A stretch of DNA of 40,141 bases from a virus (lineage: Duplodnaviria > Caudoviricetes): IMG/VR virus record IMGVR_UViG_3300030392_000361, positions 1-40,141 of that record, one strand, 5' to 3'. Of this stretch, positions 15,861-26,200 are shown piece by piece. The notes under the pieces were generated by a model. The model searched no databases. It saw nothing but the letters and a program-made list of their open reading frames with translations, and was not told the origin of the DNA. Both the position numbers and the translations under genes were made by a program. Each line of letters opens with the position of its first letter. The first letter of the stretch is position 1.

Positions 15861-17184
15861 TATAACAGAGTACCTATTTTCTAAGCTGGACTTTGAGCCA
15901 ACTGAAAAGCAAGCACCTATCCTTGACTGTAAGAAAAGATTCATTCTGGTCGCTGGTGGTGAGCAAGCTGGCAAGTCACTGGTGGCATCCAAGTTCCTTG
16001 TTACAAGGTTTCTGGAGAATGATGAACCCGGTCTTTACTGGCTTGTTGCTGCTGACTACGAGCGTACTAGGGCAGAGTTTGAATACCTTACTCAAGATTT
16101 TGCTGCACTTGGCATACTTTCTGAGGTGACCAAAAGGGTAGACCCCGGAAGAATTATCCTTGCTGATGGTACTCGCATAGAGACAAAGTCTGCCAAAGAC
16201 CCACGAACACTTGCCATGAGAGCACCCAATGGAATTATAGGGTGTGAGGCAAGCCAGCTAGACCTTGAAAGCTTTCACAGGATGAGGGGTAGGTGTGCAC
16301 CAAAGCGAGGATGGATGTTCCTTGGTGGAACATTTGAAGGATCACTTGGATGGTACCCACAGCTATTTCAGCAGTGGCAACAGGGACATGATGAAGAGCA
16401 ATCATTCTCTCTTCCCAGTTACTCTAATAAGTATCTCTATCCCGGTGGTAAGGATGACCCTGAGATACTGAGACTCAAGGCCGTAGCGTCCGATGACTTC
16501 TTCATGGAGCGTATTGAAGGTATACCGACACCGCCACAGGGTCTGGTATTCGGAGAGTTTAGACCAGACATACATATAAGTGATGATGCTAAATGGTCAG
16601 CAGGTGATCCTGTATACCTGTGGATAGACCCCGGTTATGCTGGTGGTTATGCAGTGGAAGTAGTACAGGAGATCAATGGACAGATATGCGTGATAGACGA
16701 GATATACGAACAGGGTCTTATAACCACAGAGATAATAGACATAGCACAGTCACGCCCATGGTGGAAAGATGTCCAAGGTGGGGCAATCGACATAGCTGGA
16801 TACCAGCATCAGGCTATGTCTGCGCCAGCAGAGATATGGCTGGAACAGACCAGTATCTATCTTGCTGCTCAGAGAGTTCTGATCAATGAAGGAACTGAAA
16901 GACTAAAGTCTTTCTTAAAGCCTGATCCTGTATCAGGAGTACCAAAGATGATATTTAATCCCAGTTGCCGTGGGATTCTCTCAGAGTTTGGATCAGAGCC
17001 AAATCCATTCGATGGACAGACCAGAGCCTATCGCTGGAAAACAGATCGTGATGGTAATATAGTGGGCGAATCTCCAGAAGATAAAAATAACCATGGTGTT
17101 AAGGCAATCATCTATGGTCTTGTAGACAGATTCGGATATGGACATTTACGGAATAATTCATTTATAAAAGTTAAGAGGTGGTAG
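15838..17184 (+). CDS. terL: Terminase large subunit
   Basis: Walker A GGEQAGKS, Walker B-like IIGCEA, GGTFEG coupling motif, nuclease WIDPG and EDKNNHGVKA. Confidence 0.92.
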   Translation: MTTSSSLDITEYLFSKLDFEPTEKQAPILDCKKRFILVAGGEQAGKSLVASKFLVTRFLENDEPGLYWLVAADYERTRAEFEYLTQDFAALGILSEVTKRVDPGRIILADGTRIETKSAKDPRTLAMRAPNGIIGCEASQLDLESFHRMRGRCAPKRGWMFLGGTFEGSLGWYPQLFQQWQQGHDEEQSFSLPSYSNKYLYPGGKDDPEILRLKAVASDDFFMERIEGIPTPPQGLVFGEFRPDIHISDDAKWSAGDPVYLWIDPGYAGGYAVEVVQEINGQICVIDEIYEQGLITTEIIDIAQSRPWWKDVQGGAIDIAGYQHQAMSAPAEIWLEQTSIYLAAQRVLINEGTERLKSFLKPDPVSGVPKMIFNPSCRGILSEFGSEPNPFDGQTRAYRWKTDRDGNIVGESPEDKNNHGVKAIIYGLVDRFGYGHLRNNSFIKVKRW

Positions 17185-19032
17185 ATGGCTCGTAGAAAAG
17201 TCGAAGACATCATCAACCTTGTTGACGATCATGCTGATGTAACAGAACCACTGCGTACCAGAATGGATGCAGATCATGATCTATACCGACTTGCTCCTTA
17301 CGATGCAGGTGATGGCTACCAGTCATATACATCTAATGAACCACAGACATATGCTGACAAGATAATCTCTTGGTTATCTGATGCTGAACTGGTGGTTCGT
17401 ATACCACAGAGTGGTAATCCACGTAACTCAAGAGAACTGAATAACCAGAAAGAAAGATTCATTATTGGTGCTCTTAGGGCAGCGAATGAAAGATTAATAG
17501 ACAAGCTACAACCTACCTTACAAAGTCAGCTAGGTTGGTATGCAGCACTAAGAGGATGGTATGCAGGAAGAGCCTTACTGGTTAAGCATGAGGATGAATC
17601 CACTCACGTTGATGTCACGCCATGGGACCCTATGCATACCTACTGGGGTACAGATTCGGAAGGACTTGCTTGGGCTTGCTACAAGGTTAAGAAAACCAGA
17701 GGTGAGATAGAGTCACAGTACAGGGTAAAGCTTGGTACTGAACGTATGGATGAAGACGGCATTGATGTCTATGACTTCTATGACCGTGAAGATAACTATG
17801 TAGCTATACCTCATAGGTTTATCAAGAGAAGAACAAAGCACGGTAGTGTATGTGTTCCTATATTCCTTGGTCCTGTTGGTGCTAACCCACTGGTTCAATC
17901 TATGGAATGGTCTTCAATTGAAGATACTGTTGAAGACTATGGAGAATCCATATTTAAATCTACCAGAGCATTATATGAAAAGCATAACTTCATGATGAGT
18001 GTCATGCTTGAAATGACTGCACGGTCACGTAAGCAGGGTATCAAGATAACTTCCAGAGATGGACAGAAGACACTGGAAGAAGACCCATATCAGGAAGGTA
18101 CTGAGATATCGCTGGCACAGGGTGAGGATATTGAACCCTTAGGATTACTGGAAGTTGCCAGAGAGACAGGTGCCTACATGGGCATGGTATCTGGTGAAGT
18201 TCAAAGAGGATCAATACCTCATTCAATATATGGAGAACTTCAGTTTCAGTTATCTGGATTTGCTATTAACACGTTGAGGCAGGGAGTAGAGACTGTACTG
18301 TCTCCAAGAGTCATAGCACTTGAGAATGCTTACCACCAGATATGTAAGCTGTTATGTGAGCAGTACGCAACAGGTGCTTTCTCATCCATGGAACTATCTG
18401 GTCGTGATAATTACAGGATGTATTTCTCAGAAGAGGTTACTCCTACAGTGGTTAAGGATGGTGGAGATATTGAAGTCTCACTTGTACCACGACTACCACA
18501 GGATGATATGACCAAGTATTCGATGGCTCAGATAGCCAGAGAGGGTCCAACACCATTAATGTCTGATATGTGGATCAGGGATAACGTCCTTGGAATACAG
18601 GATGCTGACCAGATGGAAGATAGTATCAAGGAACAGATAGCAGAACGTACATTGCCAGAGGCTGGTATATGGACACTTTATCAGGCTGCAAAGCGTCAGG
18701 GCAGAGATGATCTGGCAGAAATGTATGCTGGTGAACTAACTGCCATGCTATTGAGTAAAGCTAAGATGTTAGCGGATAATCTAGGTGGTGGGACACCGCC
18801 TACACCATCCGTAGGTGCAATGCCTCCCAATATGCCTCAGGGTGTTCCACCGCAAGCTTTACCACCGATGCCACCACCAGCGGTTATGCCACCAGCTATG
18901 GCTGGTGTCCCACCGCCTGTACCTACACCACAGGCAGGACCAGTAGTGCCAGCAGGGCAACCAAGACCCGGAGCAATGAATGATGCGGAAAGGTTACGGC
19001 AGATGGGACTTATAGGACCGGGGGGAATATAA
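17185..19032 (+). CDS. Portal protein (podovirus type) with Pro-rich C-terminal tail
   Basis: Follows TerL; 615 aa helical protein; VDVTPWDP and LSGFAINTL segments typical of portals. Confidence 0.85.
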   Translation: MARRKVEDIINLVDDHADVTEPLRTRMDADHDLYRLAPYDAGDGYQSYTSNEPQTYADKIISWLSDAELVVRIPQSGNPRNSRELNNQKERFIIGALRAANERLIDKLQPTLQSQLGWYAALRGWYAGRALLVKHEDESTHVDVTPWDPMHTYWGTDSEGLAWACYKVKKTRGEIESQYRVKLGTERMDEDGIDVYDFYDREDNYVAIPHRFIKRRTKHGSVCVPIFLGPVGANPLVQSMEWSSIEDTVEDYGESIFKSTRALYEKHNFMMSVMLEMTARSRKQGIKITSRDGQKTLEEDPYQEGTEISLAQGEDIEPLGLLEVARETGAYMGMVSGEVQRGSIPHSIYGELQFQLSGFAINTLRQGVETVLSPRVIALENAYHQICKLLCEQYATGAFSSMELSGRDNYRMYFSEEVTPTVVKDGGDIEVSLVPRLPQDDMTKYSMAQIAREGPTPLMSDMWIRDNVLGIQDADQMEDSIKEQIAERTLPEAGIWTLYQAAKRQGRDDLAEMYAGELTAMLLSKAKMLADNLGGGTPPTPSVGAMPPNMPQGVPPQALPPMPPPAVMPPAMAGVPPPVPTPQAGPVVPAGQPRPGAMNDAERLRQMGLIGPGGI

Positions 19033-20970
19033 ATGGCTTACGAGATACATGAAATGTTTGGCATGTTGCCAGACCTTGTTTCCCAAGGATATTCGAGTCC
19101 TGACGACATATTAGCTATTGCTGAGACTGGACAACCTGATAAGAATGATCCATATCAGGATTTTGCAGAGAAGAATGCAGTAGACATGCTTGCACAAGAT
19201 TCGGCAGGTAATGTCTATGAAGATATGTTGAATCTTACTGGAGATACAAATATAGCTGCCCTCATGGCAACAGAGGCTGCTAATGCTGGAGTAGTTCAAT
19301 CTGTACTTGGTGACATACCTTTGCCAACATGGGAAGAAACCGCACTACAACAGGCAGTAGATCAGATTATGGCATTGGGTCCAGCAGTGAGAGATGAGGC
19401 AATTGACAACTTTAGTGACAGCTTTGGTCTTGATGAATCCACAGTCACTGAAGAAGTAAATAGTAAACTCAAAGAGATAGAAAAAAATACACGCCCATGG
19501 TGGATGACACCTGAAGATGATGATGATGAAATTACAGCACCTCTTGCAACCCCCACTCCTATAGATAAAAGCCCACCTTTAACAGGAATACATCCTGATC
19601 TTGTGTGGACTGATGATATGGCTATCGAATCATTAGGTGCTCCATTTGATATGATTGGTTATTCCCCAGATGATCGATTCAAGGAAAACCAAAGAAAACG
19701 GCAAGAAGGAATTATAGTCGAGGATGAAGGTTTTTTTATTGACCGCACTGGTCTTCAACCAGCACAGCCTATTGATATAAATAGACAGGTAGAAGACTTA
19801 GTTCCTACCAATCCTATTACAGATATGGTTCAGAATTTATTAATGAGTAATACCGCAGCACCATTTCTGGAACAGGCTATTGCCAATCGTGATGCCAGAG
19901 CCAAGCAGGATGCTGCTGCATCAGCATTACCAGAGAACCAATCCGCTGTTAATGTAGAGGAAATTGGTAAGTTAGTTGCAGAAATTGAAGACCTTGAGGC
20001 TGCTACAGAAGTGACAACTCCTCAGATTGGTGCACAGCCTGTACAACCAACAGTACCAGTCAGTGGTATTACAGAAATAGCAGTTGGAAGTCCGGGTTGG
20101 AATGAATTAGAAAATCAGATCATGAATCAAAATCGTGGTCCTAATACATTCCAATATATTCTTGATGAACAGATAGGTGGAATACCACAACATATTGTGG
20201 TTGATCCTAGAAATATGGAGGTTCCTAAATTATATTCTTATTACGCTGGTGCAGATGGAATAAACAGAATCTTTTCTCTTGGAACTATGGAGATGCAAGC
20301 TTCTTCAGGACCATATACTAACTTTAATTCAAGTATCTTGGGACGAATATTCCATAGCTATGATTTTGGACAGACAAGAGTTTTTGAACCGGGTGAGTTT
20401 CCTCAAACACCTGTAGCATCCTCGATACCTTCTCTCCCACAGATAGATACTATAGCCACACTTGATACTCACGAGGAAATGTGGGATGCACTACGTGCTT
20501 CTGAAATGGGAGATGACATATATAACCCTACACTGTGGGGAGCAAGAAGACAGGGATTTAATCCTGCACAGGGAAGATACCTTCTATCAGGTGGACTAGG
20601 AGATACTGGTCAGTCAACATCATTTGCAGAATGGCTACCAACTCTATACTCAAGAGATAAAGGTAATTTATGGGAAGATGCAGTTCTTGCATCTAACCTA
20701 ATGTCAGGAGAGGCTGAATGGGCTGATGTTCCAGAAGGTAAGCGTGACTTGATGCAACTTCTCCAAGGTCAGATGCAGGGACCGGGAGCAAGAGGAGCAA
20801 TGACAAGTATGGCTTCCACTGGTCTTGGTGCAGGTGATGGATATATATCCTCTGCACTCAGAAATAGAATTACAGATATGTATGACTTATATAGCAGTCA
20901 GGTGGCTGCAACAGGTCAACCTGTTGGTGGATTCCTTGGGTACCTTAATCAAACAATGATGGCTCCATAA
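19033..20970 (+). CDS. Putative internal virion/ejection protein
   Basis: Acidic, low complexity; C-terminal ~150 aa paralogous to 22258..22935. Confidence 0.5.
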   Translation: MAYEIHEMFGMLPDLVSQGYSSPDDILAIAETGQPDKNDPYQDFAEKNAVDMLAQDSAGNVYEDMLNLTGDTNIAALMATEAANAGVVQSVLGDIPLPTWEETALQQAVDQIMALGPAVRDEAIDNFSDSFGLDESTVTEEVNSKLKEIEKNTRPWWMTPEDDDDEITAPLATPTPIDKSPPLTGIHPDLVWTDDMAIESLGAPFDMIGYSPDDRFKENQRKRQEGIIVEDEGFFIDRTGLQPAQPIDINRQVEDLVPTNPITDMVQNLLMSNTAAPFLEQAIANRDARAKQDAAASALPENQSAVNVEEIGKLVAEIEDLEAATEVTTPQIGAQPVQPTVPVSGITEIAVGSPGWNELENQIMNQNRGPNTFQYILDEQIGGIPQHIVVDPRNMEVPKLYSYYAGADGINRIFSLGTMEMQASSGPYTNFNSSILGRIFHSYDFGQTRVFEPGEFPQTPVASSIPSLPQIDTIATLDTHEEMWDALRASEMGDDIYNPTLWGARRQGFNPAQGRYLLSGGLGDTGQSTSFAEWLPTLYSRDKGNLWEDAVLASNLMSGEAEWADVPEGKRDLMQLLQGQMQGPGARGAMTSMASTGLGAGDGYISSALRNRITDMYDLYSSQVAATGQPVGGFLGYLNQTMMAP

Positions 20971-22244
20971 TGGCAGAATTTAACATAGACGAACTAGCAA
21001 CAGTAATGGGTGGTGGTGAAGGAACATGGCAGTCAAGTCATGGAAAGGTAACGTCTTTATTTGCAGCAGGTCTGATAGACGAAGAAACATTACGTGATTC
21101 ACTTGGAACTATATTCAATACAACTAACTGGGGAGAGCTAACTGATCTAGTCAAGTCCACTAAGAACAGGGCAGTAAAAATGTCTGGTGGTACTTGGCAA
21201 GCTGGGTATCAAGAGAAAGGTCCTGATTTATTCCCAACAGCAGGTAAACGTGTACCTGCTGAATGGATTATGGGTGATCTTGGTGAGGGATATGGTGGAA
21301 CACAGAATGTTGTAATACCAGAAGAACCTATAATCGATCCTATTACAGGCGAATTAAAACCATCATATGAACAATTAGCTGGACTAGGTGGTACTAGTTG
21401 GTCATATCCAAAAATTCATGGATCAATAGTAGATCGTCCATCTGGAGTAGGAACATCACAGCAGTATGGATACGCAATGCCTAATGAGTTATTGGGCTTT
21501 GGTGGTGGTCTTCTTCATATACCTGAAGGTAGAACATTTGAAGAGGTATATGCAGGACATCTAGCTGGACTACAGTCTAACTATCAAGCAAACTTGGATG
21601 CAGTAGCTGCAGCAGCAAATGCTCCTCCTGATCCTGTAGTTAATCCTAGTACTCCAGTTCCATACACAGGACCAGTAAATGCATTAGGAGAACCATTGCT
21701 TGATCCAAGAACTGGAGATTGGACAACAGGTGGAGTAGCTAGTGATCCTTCATGGATGTGGGATGAATGGAATGCTACCTATGGAACAAACTATTCTAAT
21801 TGGGATGATTGGTTTGGTGCAAAATCTGCAAGGGCTATGGAAAGTTTTCCAGATCATAGTTTTCTTTTAACTGATCCAGAAGGTAATTTCTTTGAAGGTA
21901 ATCCATTCAATGATCCTAATATGCAAATATGGGAATCCACTCATCCATGGCAGAACTATACTGGCGGTAATAACGTAGCTGTACCTTTTGATGGCAGTGC
22001 AGGATTTAATGCAGGTAGTATGGGAAACATGGCTTTAAATCCATGGACTTTTGATTGGGGAAGTGTGCCGAATTTAGATGGAACAGTACAACCATTTACT
22101 TGGAGTCCTGTGCCGGGTACTGTAGGCAGTAATACAGTACCAATGAACTTTGATCCTAATGCTAGTATATTTGCAAGAACATTTAATGATACTATTCCAC
22201 AAGGAATATTTGATCCTAATACATCAGTATTTTTTAGAACTTAA
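20970..22244 (+). CDS. Putative internal virion protein (G/P/N/W-rich)
   Basis: TAATG-coupled within the structural operon. Confidence 0.45.
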   Translation: MAEFNIDELATVMGGGEGTWQSSHGKVTSLFAAGLIDEETLRDSLGTIFNTTNWGELTDLVKSTKNRAVKMSGGTWQAGYQEKGPDLFPTAGKRVPAEWIMGDLGEGYGGTQNVVIPEEPIIDPITGELKPSYEQLAGLGGTSWSYPKIHGSIVDRPSGVGTSQQYGYAMPNELLGFGGGLLHIPEGRTFEEVYAGHLAGLQSNYQANLDAVAAAANAPPDPVVNPSTPVPYTGPVNALGEPLLDPRTGDWTTGGVASDPSWMWDEWNATYGTNYSNWDDWFGAKSARAMESFPDHSFLLTDPEGNFFEGNPFNDPNMQIWESTHPWQNYTGGNNVAVPFDGSAGFNAGSMGNMALNPWTFDWGSVPNLDGTVQPFTWSPVPGTVGSNTVPMNFDPNASIFARTFNDTIPQGIFDPNTSVFFRT

Positions 22245-22257
22245 GTAGGGTATTAAT

Positions 22258-22935
22258 ATGGCTAATGGTTTTCTAAATACTTCAGGATTCATGAATCCTA
22301 ATTTTAATTTTGGGGGAGTAGGTGGAGGTGCATCTGCACCTGATATATGGAGAAGTATGCCTACACCACTTTCTCCAACTGTAGCAGGAACATTTGCAGG
22401 ATCACCTGAAGCGTACTATCAAGCAGCCAGAACTGCACAGATGGGTCCATATGCCAGTATTGCCCAGTTTAGAAATCAGGCTGGAGCAGGGTTTGCACCT
22501 GCGTTTGGACAGTATATGTTGCAGCAACCCTTGACCGGGATGACTGGTGAGGTAGCACCATTTAGTCAATTTCAGTCTACAAGACCAGTATCACCTGCAG
22601 ACTGGCAGTCTGCTGTTTATGCATCAGGTGCCATAGGTAATCCCAATGCACAACTTACTGCCCGACAGTTAGCTACACAGGGATTATTACAAGGTGATAA
22701 TGCAAGAAGAAATGCACTGGCAATGTCAGCAGCTAGGTTTGGTGGTGGGATAGGAACTCTTGCATCTGCAAGACAATCAGCACTAGGCAATCTATATGAT
22801 TTGTATACTGCCAGAGGACTGGCAGCAGGTGCTCCCACTGGTGGTTTTCTTTCTTACCTTAACCAGATAACCAATCCAACATCCAGTGCTGTTGGTGGTC
22901 CACCACCATCCAGTGTGGGAGAAGGTGGTTATTAA
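22258..22935 (+). CDS. Putative internal virion/ejection protein (A/G/Q-rich)
   Basis: Composition typical of pilot/ejection proteins; paralogous domain shared with 19033..20970. Confidence 0.5.
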   Translation: MANGFLNTSGFMNPNFNFGGVGGGASAPDIWRSMPTPLSPTVAGTFAGSPEAYYQAARTAQMGPYASIAQFRNQAGAGFAPAFGQYMLQQPLTGMTGEVAPFSQFQSTRPVSPADWQSAVYASGAIGNPNAQLTARQLATQGLLQGDNARRNALAMSAARFGGGIGTLASARQSALGNLYDLYTARGLAAGAPTGGFLSYLNQITNPTSSAVGGPPPSSVGEGGY

Positions 22936-22947
22936 TCTATAACAGGC

Positions 22948-22961
22948 TAGGTGTACACCAA
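22948..22961. promoter_or_regulatory. Palindromic box TAGGTGTACACCAA (copy 7)
   Basis: 12 bp past a stop; its last A is the A of ATG 22961, so it covers the RBS position. Confidence 0.8.
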
Positions 22962-23287
22962 TGGCATGGGATGATTTCTTAACAAGTTCATTTAGTGACT
23001 ATATGTTGGAGAGTTCTCCATCTATGGCTTACTTCAGTTCTACTCCATTTCAGGGTGGGACATCTCCTGCACAACAACAGTACTGGCAGGGACAGTACGG
23101 TAATGTATATAACCAGTATGAGGGAGCACTTGGCACATCTTTAAGAACTGGTGGTGAAGCTCCCAGCTTTGTGGATTTTCTAGACCAGATGCCATGGACT
23201 GAAAGATATACATCATTAAGTCCATCATTAAGACCCGGTGGAACTTCTCGTAGGTTTAATCCAACTACAAGATTTATGTATAGGTAA
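22961..23287 (+). CDS. Small putative internal virion protein
   Basis: Coupled to the 1822-aa gene. Confidence 0.55.
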   Translation: MAWDDFLTSSFSDYMLESSPSMAYFSSTPFQGGTSPAQQQYWQGQYGNVYNQYEGALGTSLRTGGEAPSFVDFLDQMPWTERYTSLSPSLRPGGTSRRFNPTTRFMYR

Positions 23288-26200
23288 TGGCAGACCCATC
23301 ACAAGTTGCAGCTATATGGCAGAGGGCAGTTACTAGGTTTCCACAGCTTGGCATTAAGTGGGGAACAGAAGTACCCACTGACCCTGTGCAATTAGAACAG
23401 GCACTGACTGACTATAGAAACTTTATAGATCGTCCTTTTCTTGCAGCCCCTGAAACAGTTCCAGACCCTAACTATTTTACCTCTGAGTTTCTAAAGGAAC
23501 AGGTGGGTACATTAGGTCGTTTTGGAAAAACAATGGGACGAGGATTTGTTGAGGATTTTACACACGATAACCTTATAGCACAGATGATACGAAGGGGAAC
23601 TGCAGCAGGAAAAGGTGATGAATTTGTAGACCCACGATTTGAAGAAAGATTTGGAAAGCCTGATAACGCAGATGGTACGTACTCAACAAGACAGATTATT
23701 GAACCTGTATTATCAGAGGGTCTTTCTCCATTTGAAGTTCTTGAAGATGTAGGATCACCATTCCTTGGATTTCTTATGTCTCAACCGGGATTCGCAGAGG
23801 AAGGAGTTAAAGAACGTGTAGATATCATGAAGGAACGTGCAGGTGAAAAGCCGGGTCAGGGATGGAACCCATTTCCTTCAATATCAGATATTGATATGTA
23901 CTCTACTGCCTATAGAGAGGCAACAGATGCTGGAGAGATTCCTTGGTATAAACAAGTTCTTTCAGAACTACCAATGGAAATACTTGGTGGAAAGGGAATA
24001 GGTTATCTAGCAAACCTAAAAAATATTCGTAAGTTACCACCGGGACTCGCTCCAACAGGAAATATTCCATCTCCTAATATAGTAGATACTCCAGTTGCAG
24101 CTATGCCAGAGTCTAGAGTTCCGTATTCTCCTGTACAGATTGAGCCTGATATGCAAAGTGCATTTAGAGGAACTACTGCACCAGAAGGAGTAACTGGACC
24201 ACTACCAGCACCTATATCTGAAGGGTTCACTCCAATGCAGAGGGCATTGAGTATGGAAGAAACTCCAGAAGGAATACTCCGTGCTATTCCTCAGGATGAG
24301 ATGAGTCTTATGGGTGAGGGACAGTTACGTCTAGGAGAAACTGTCCCATGGCAACAGCAACCTACTGCTATAGAAGACTTTGTACAAAATCTAACTCCGG
24401 GTACACAACTAGACCTTCCTCTTCGTAGTCCTATGCAAGGACAGAGATTGCCAGACATTACTGCAGAGGAATTACTTGCCAGACAGGCTGATGAGGCTAA
24501 GTGGGAATGGCAGCCGGGACAACCTATTGGAAGACAGACTACTCCAAGTGGAAAAAGAAGAACTTGGAAGATAGGAGATGTAACCAAGGCTCAACAGAGA
24601 GAAGTGCCTCAGATATTTGGTCCTAGGATAGATGTGGGGGTAGAAGTACAGAACCTACTACCAAGCATAGATAAGGTACCACCTAATGTTCAACCACAGA
24701 TAGATAGGCTTATTGCATACAGTCAACGTGGGGTTGATCTTACTAACCCCGGATATAGAAGATGGACAAACCAATGGTTAGAAGAAGTAGCAGAGTCTAT
24801 ATTTGGAGATCGTAGCCAGAGTAGTGTATCCCAAGTAAGAGACTATGTTAGTTCTCTTCCGGGTCAGCAGGAATTGCCATTTGAAGATTTTGGCAACATG
24901 ATGATGCAGCTTGATACTGGTGGAAACGTATGGTTAGACTGGCTCGATAACTTCTTCATACATAATGTTGACACTGATACATACACACCCAGACCTAATC
25001 GTCCACTTCCTGTTACACAACATAGATGGAAAGGGGTAGAAGAAGAAACAGATATAGCTAACTTCATTGATGAAACAGTTGGATCATATGCTGGAGAACT
25101 TGACCTACACGCAACCAGTCCATGGATCAGAAACTTTCCTCTTATAGCAGGAAAGATATTTGATACATCACGACAGATATGGAAAGACTATGCAACACCT
25201 GATGAACTAGAATCACTGGTAGGAATTACAGGATATGTTAAACCAAAGAAAGAAGACCCATTGAAAACTCTTTCTCGTCTTTATGAAGGTAATGTCACTG
25301 CCCATGACAATATGATGGCTGAAGTTATAAGAAAGGGTAGTGATGAACTAGTTGAAATTGGCTGGTTTGAGAGAAAGAATAATCAGTTATTTGTTAAGCC
25401 TGAGTCTATTGGTACATGGGATGTACCGGGACCAGTACGAATACTCTTTAATGCATTACACTCGCCGGGTGACCCAGCTAACTGGCAGGAACTAAAGAGA
25501 CTTGGACCTGATGCTGTAAGACAATACTGGAACCTTAGGGCTTTAACTAATTGGGAACAATCATTAAGAGGTGAACATAAACAAATTAAGTTAAAAGATT
25601 TTGATCTCAATGATATTGACCAGTATTTCTACAGAGGCGTTAAGCCTGAAGGAATGGACTTCAAAGAATTTGCTCAGAATATAAATAAGCTTGGCAGAAC
25701 TAAATCTATATCAATGCATCGTATTAACCAGAGTTGGTTGGAGATGCAGCAGATTGGATTACGTCCATTGTTCTGGAATCCATATGAACAGGCTATGTAT
25801 TCATCAAAGCTTGGATATCATGGAAGATTACAGACTAACTTTTTAGAGATACTACTTGATGAATCTCTTAACATGGCTAAATTTATTAATAGAAATGATG
25901 ATAGATTTAATGCATTAAAAGTAGAAGGATGGGAAGAGGTAACCAATGCTGGTCCAGCACTGAAGACCAGTAAGTTTTATAGTGTTCCTAAACATCTTGC
26001 GAATGCATCTGGTATAGATGCTAATAAACATTTTCAGGAACAACAAGGTGTATGGCTATTCCCCAAAAATGTTGCCAATGGATTAAATGATTTATTTGGA
26101 AGAACTAGTCCTTGGGAACAGGCTATGCGTGATACCAGATTTACATGGCTTAATCACAACTTTAAGATTGACGATATTATATTTATACCTAAGAGAATTG

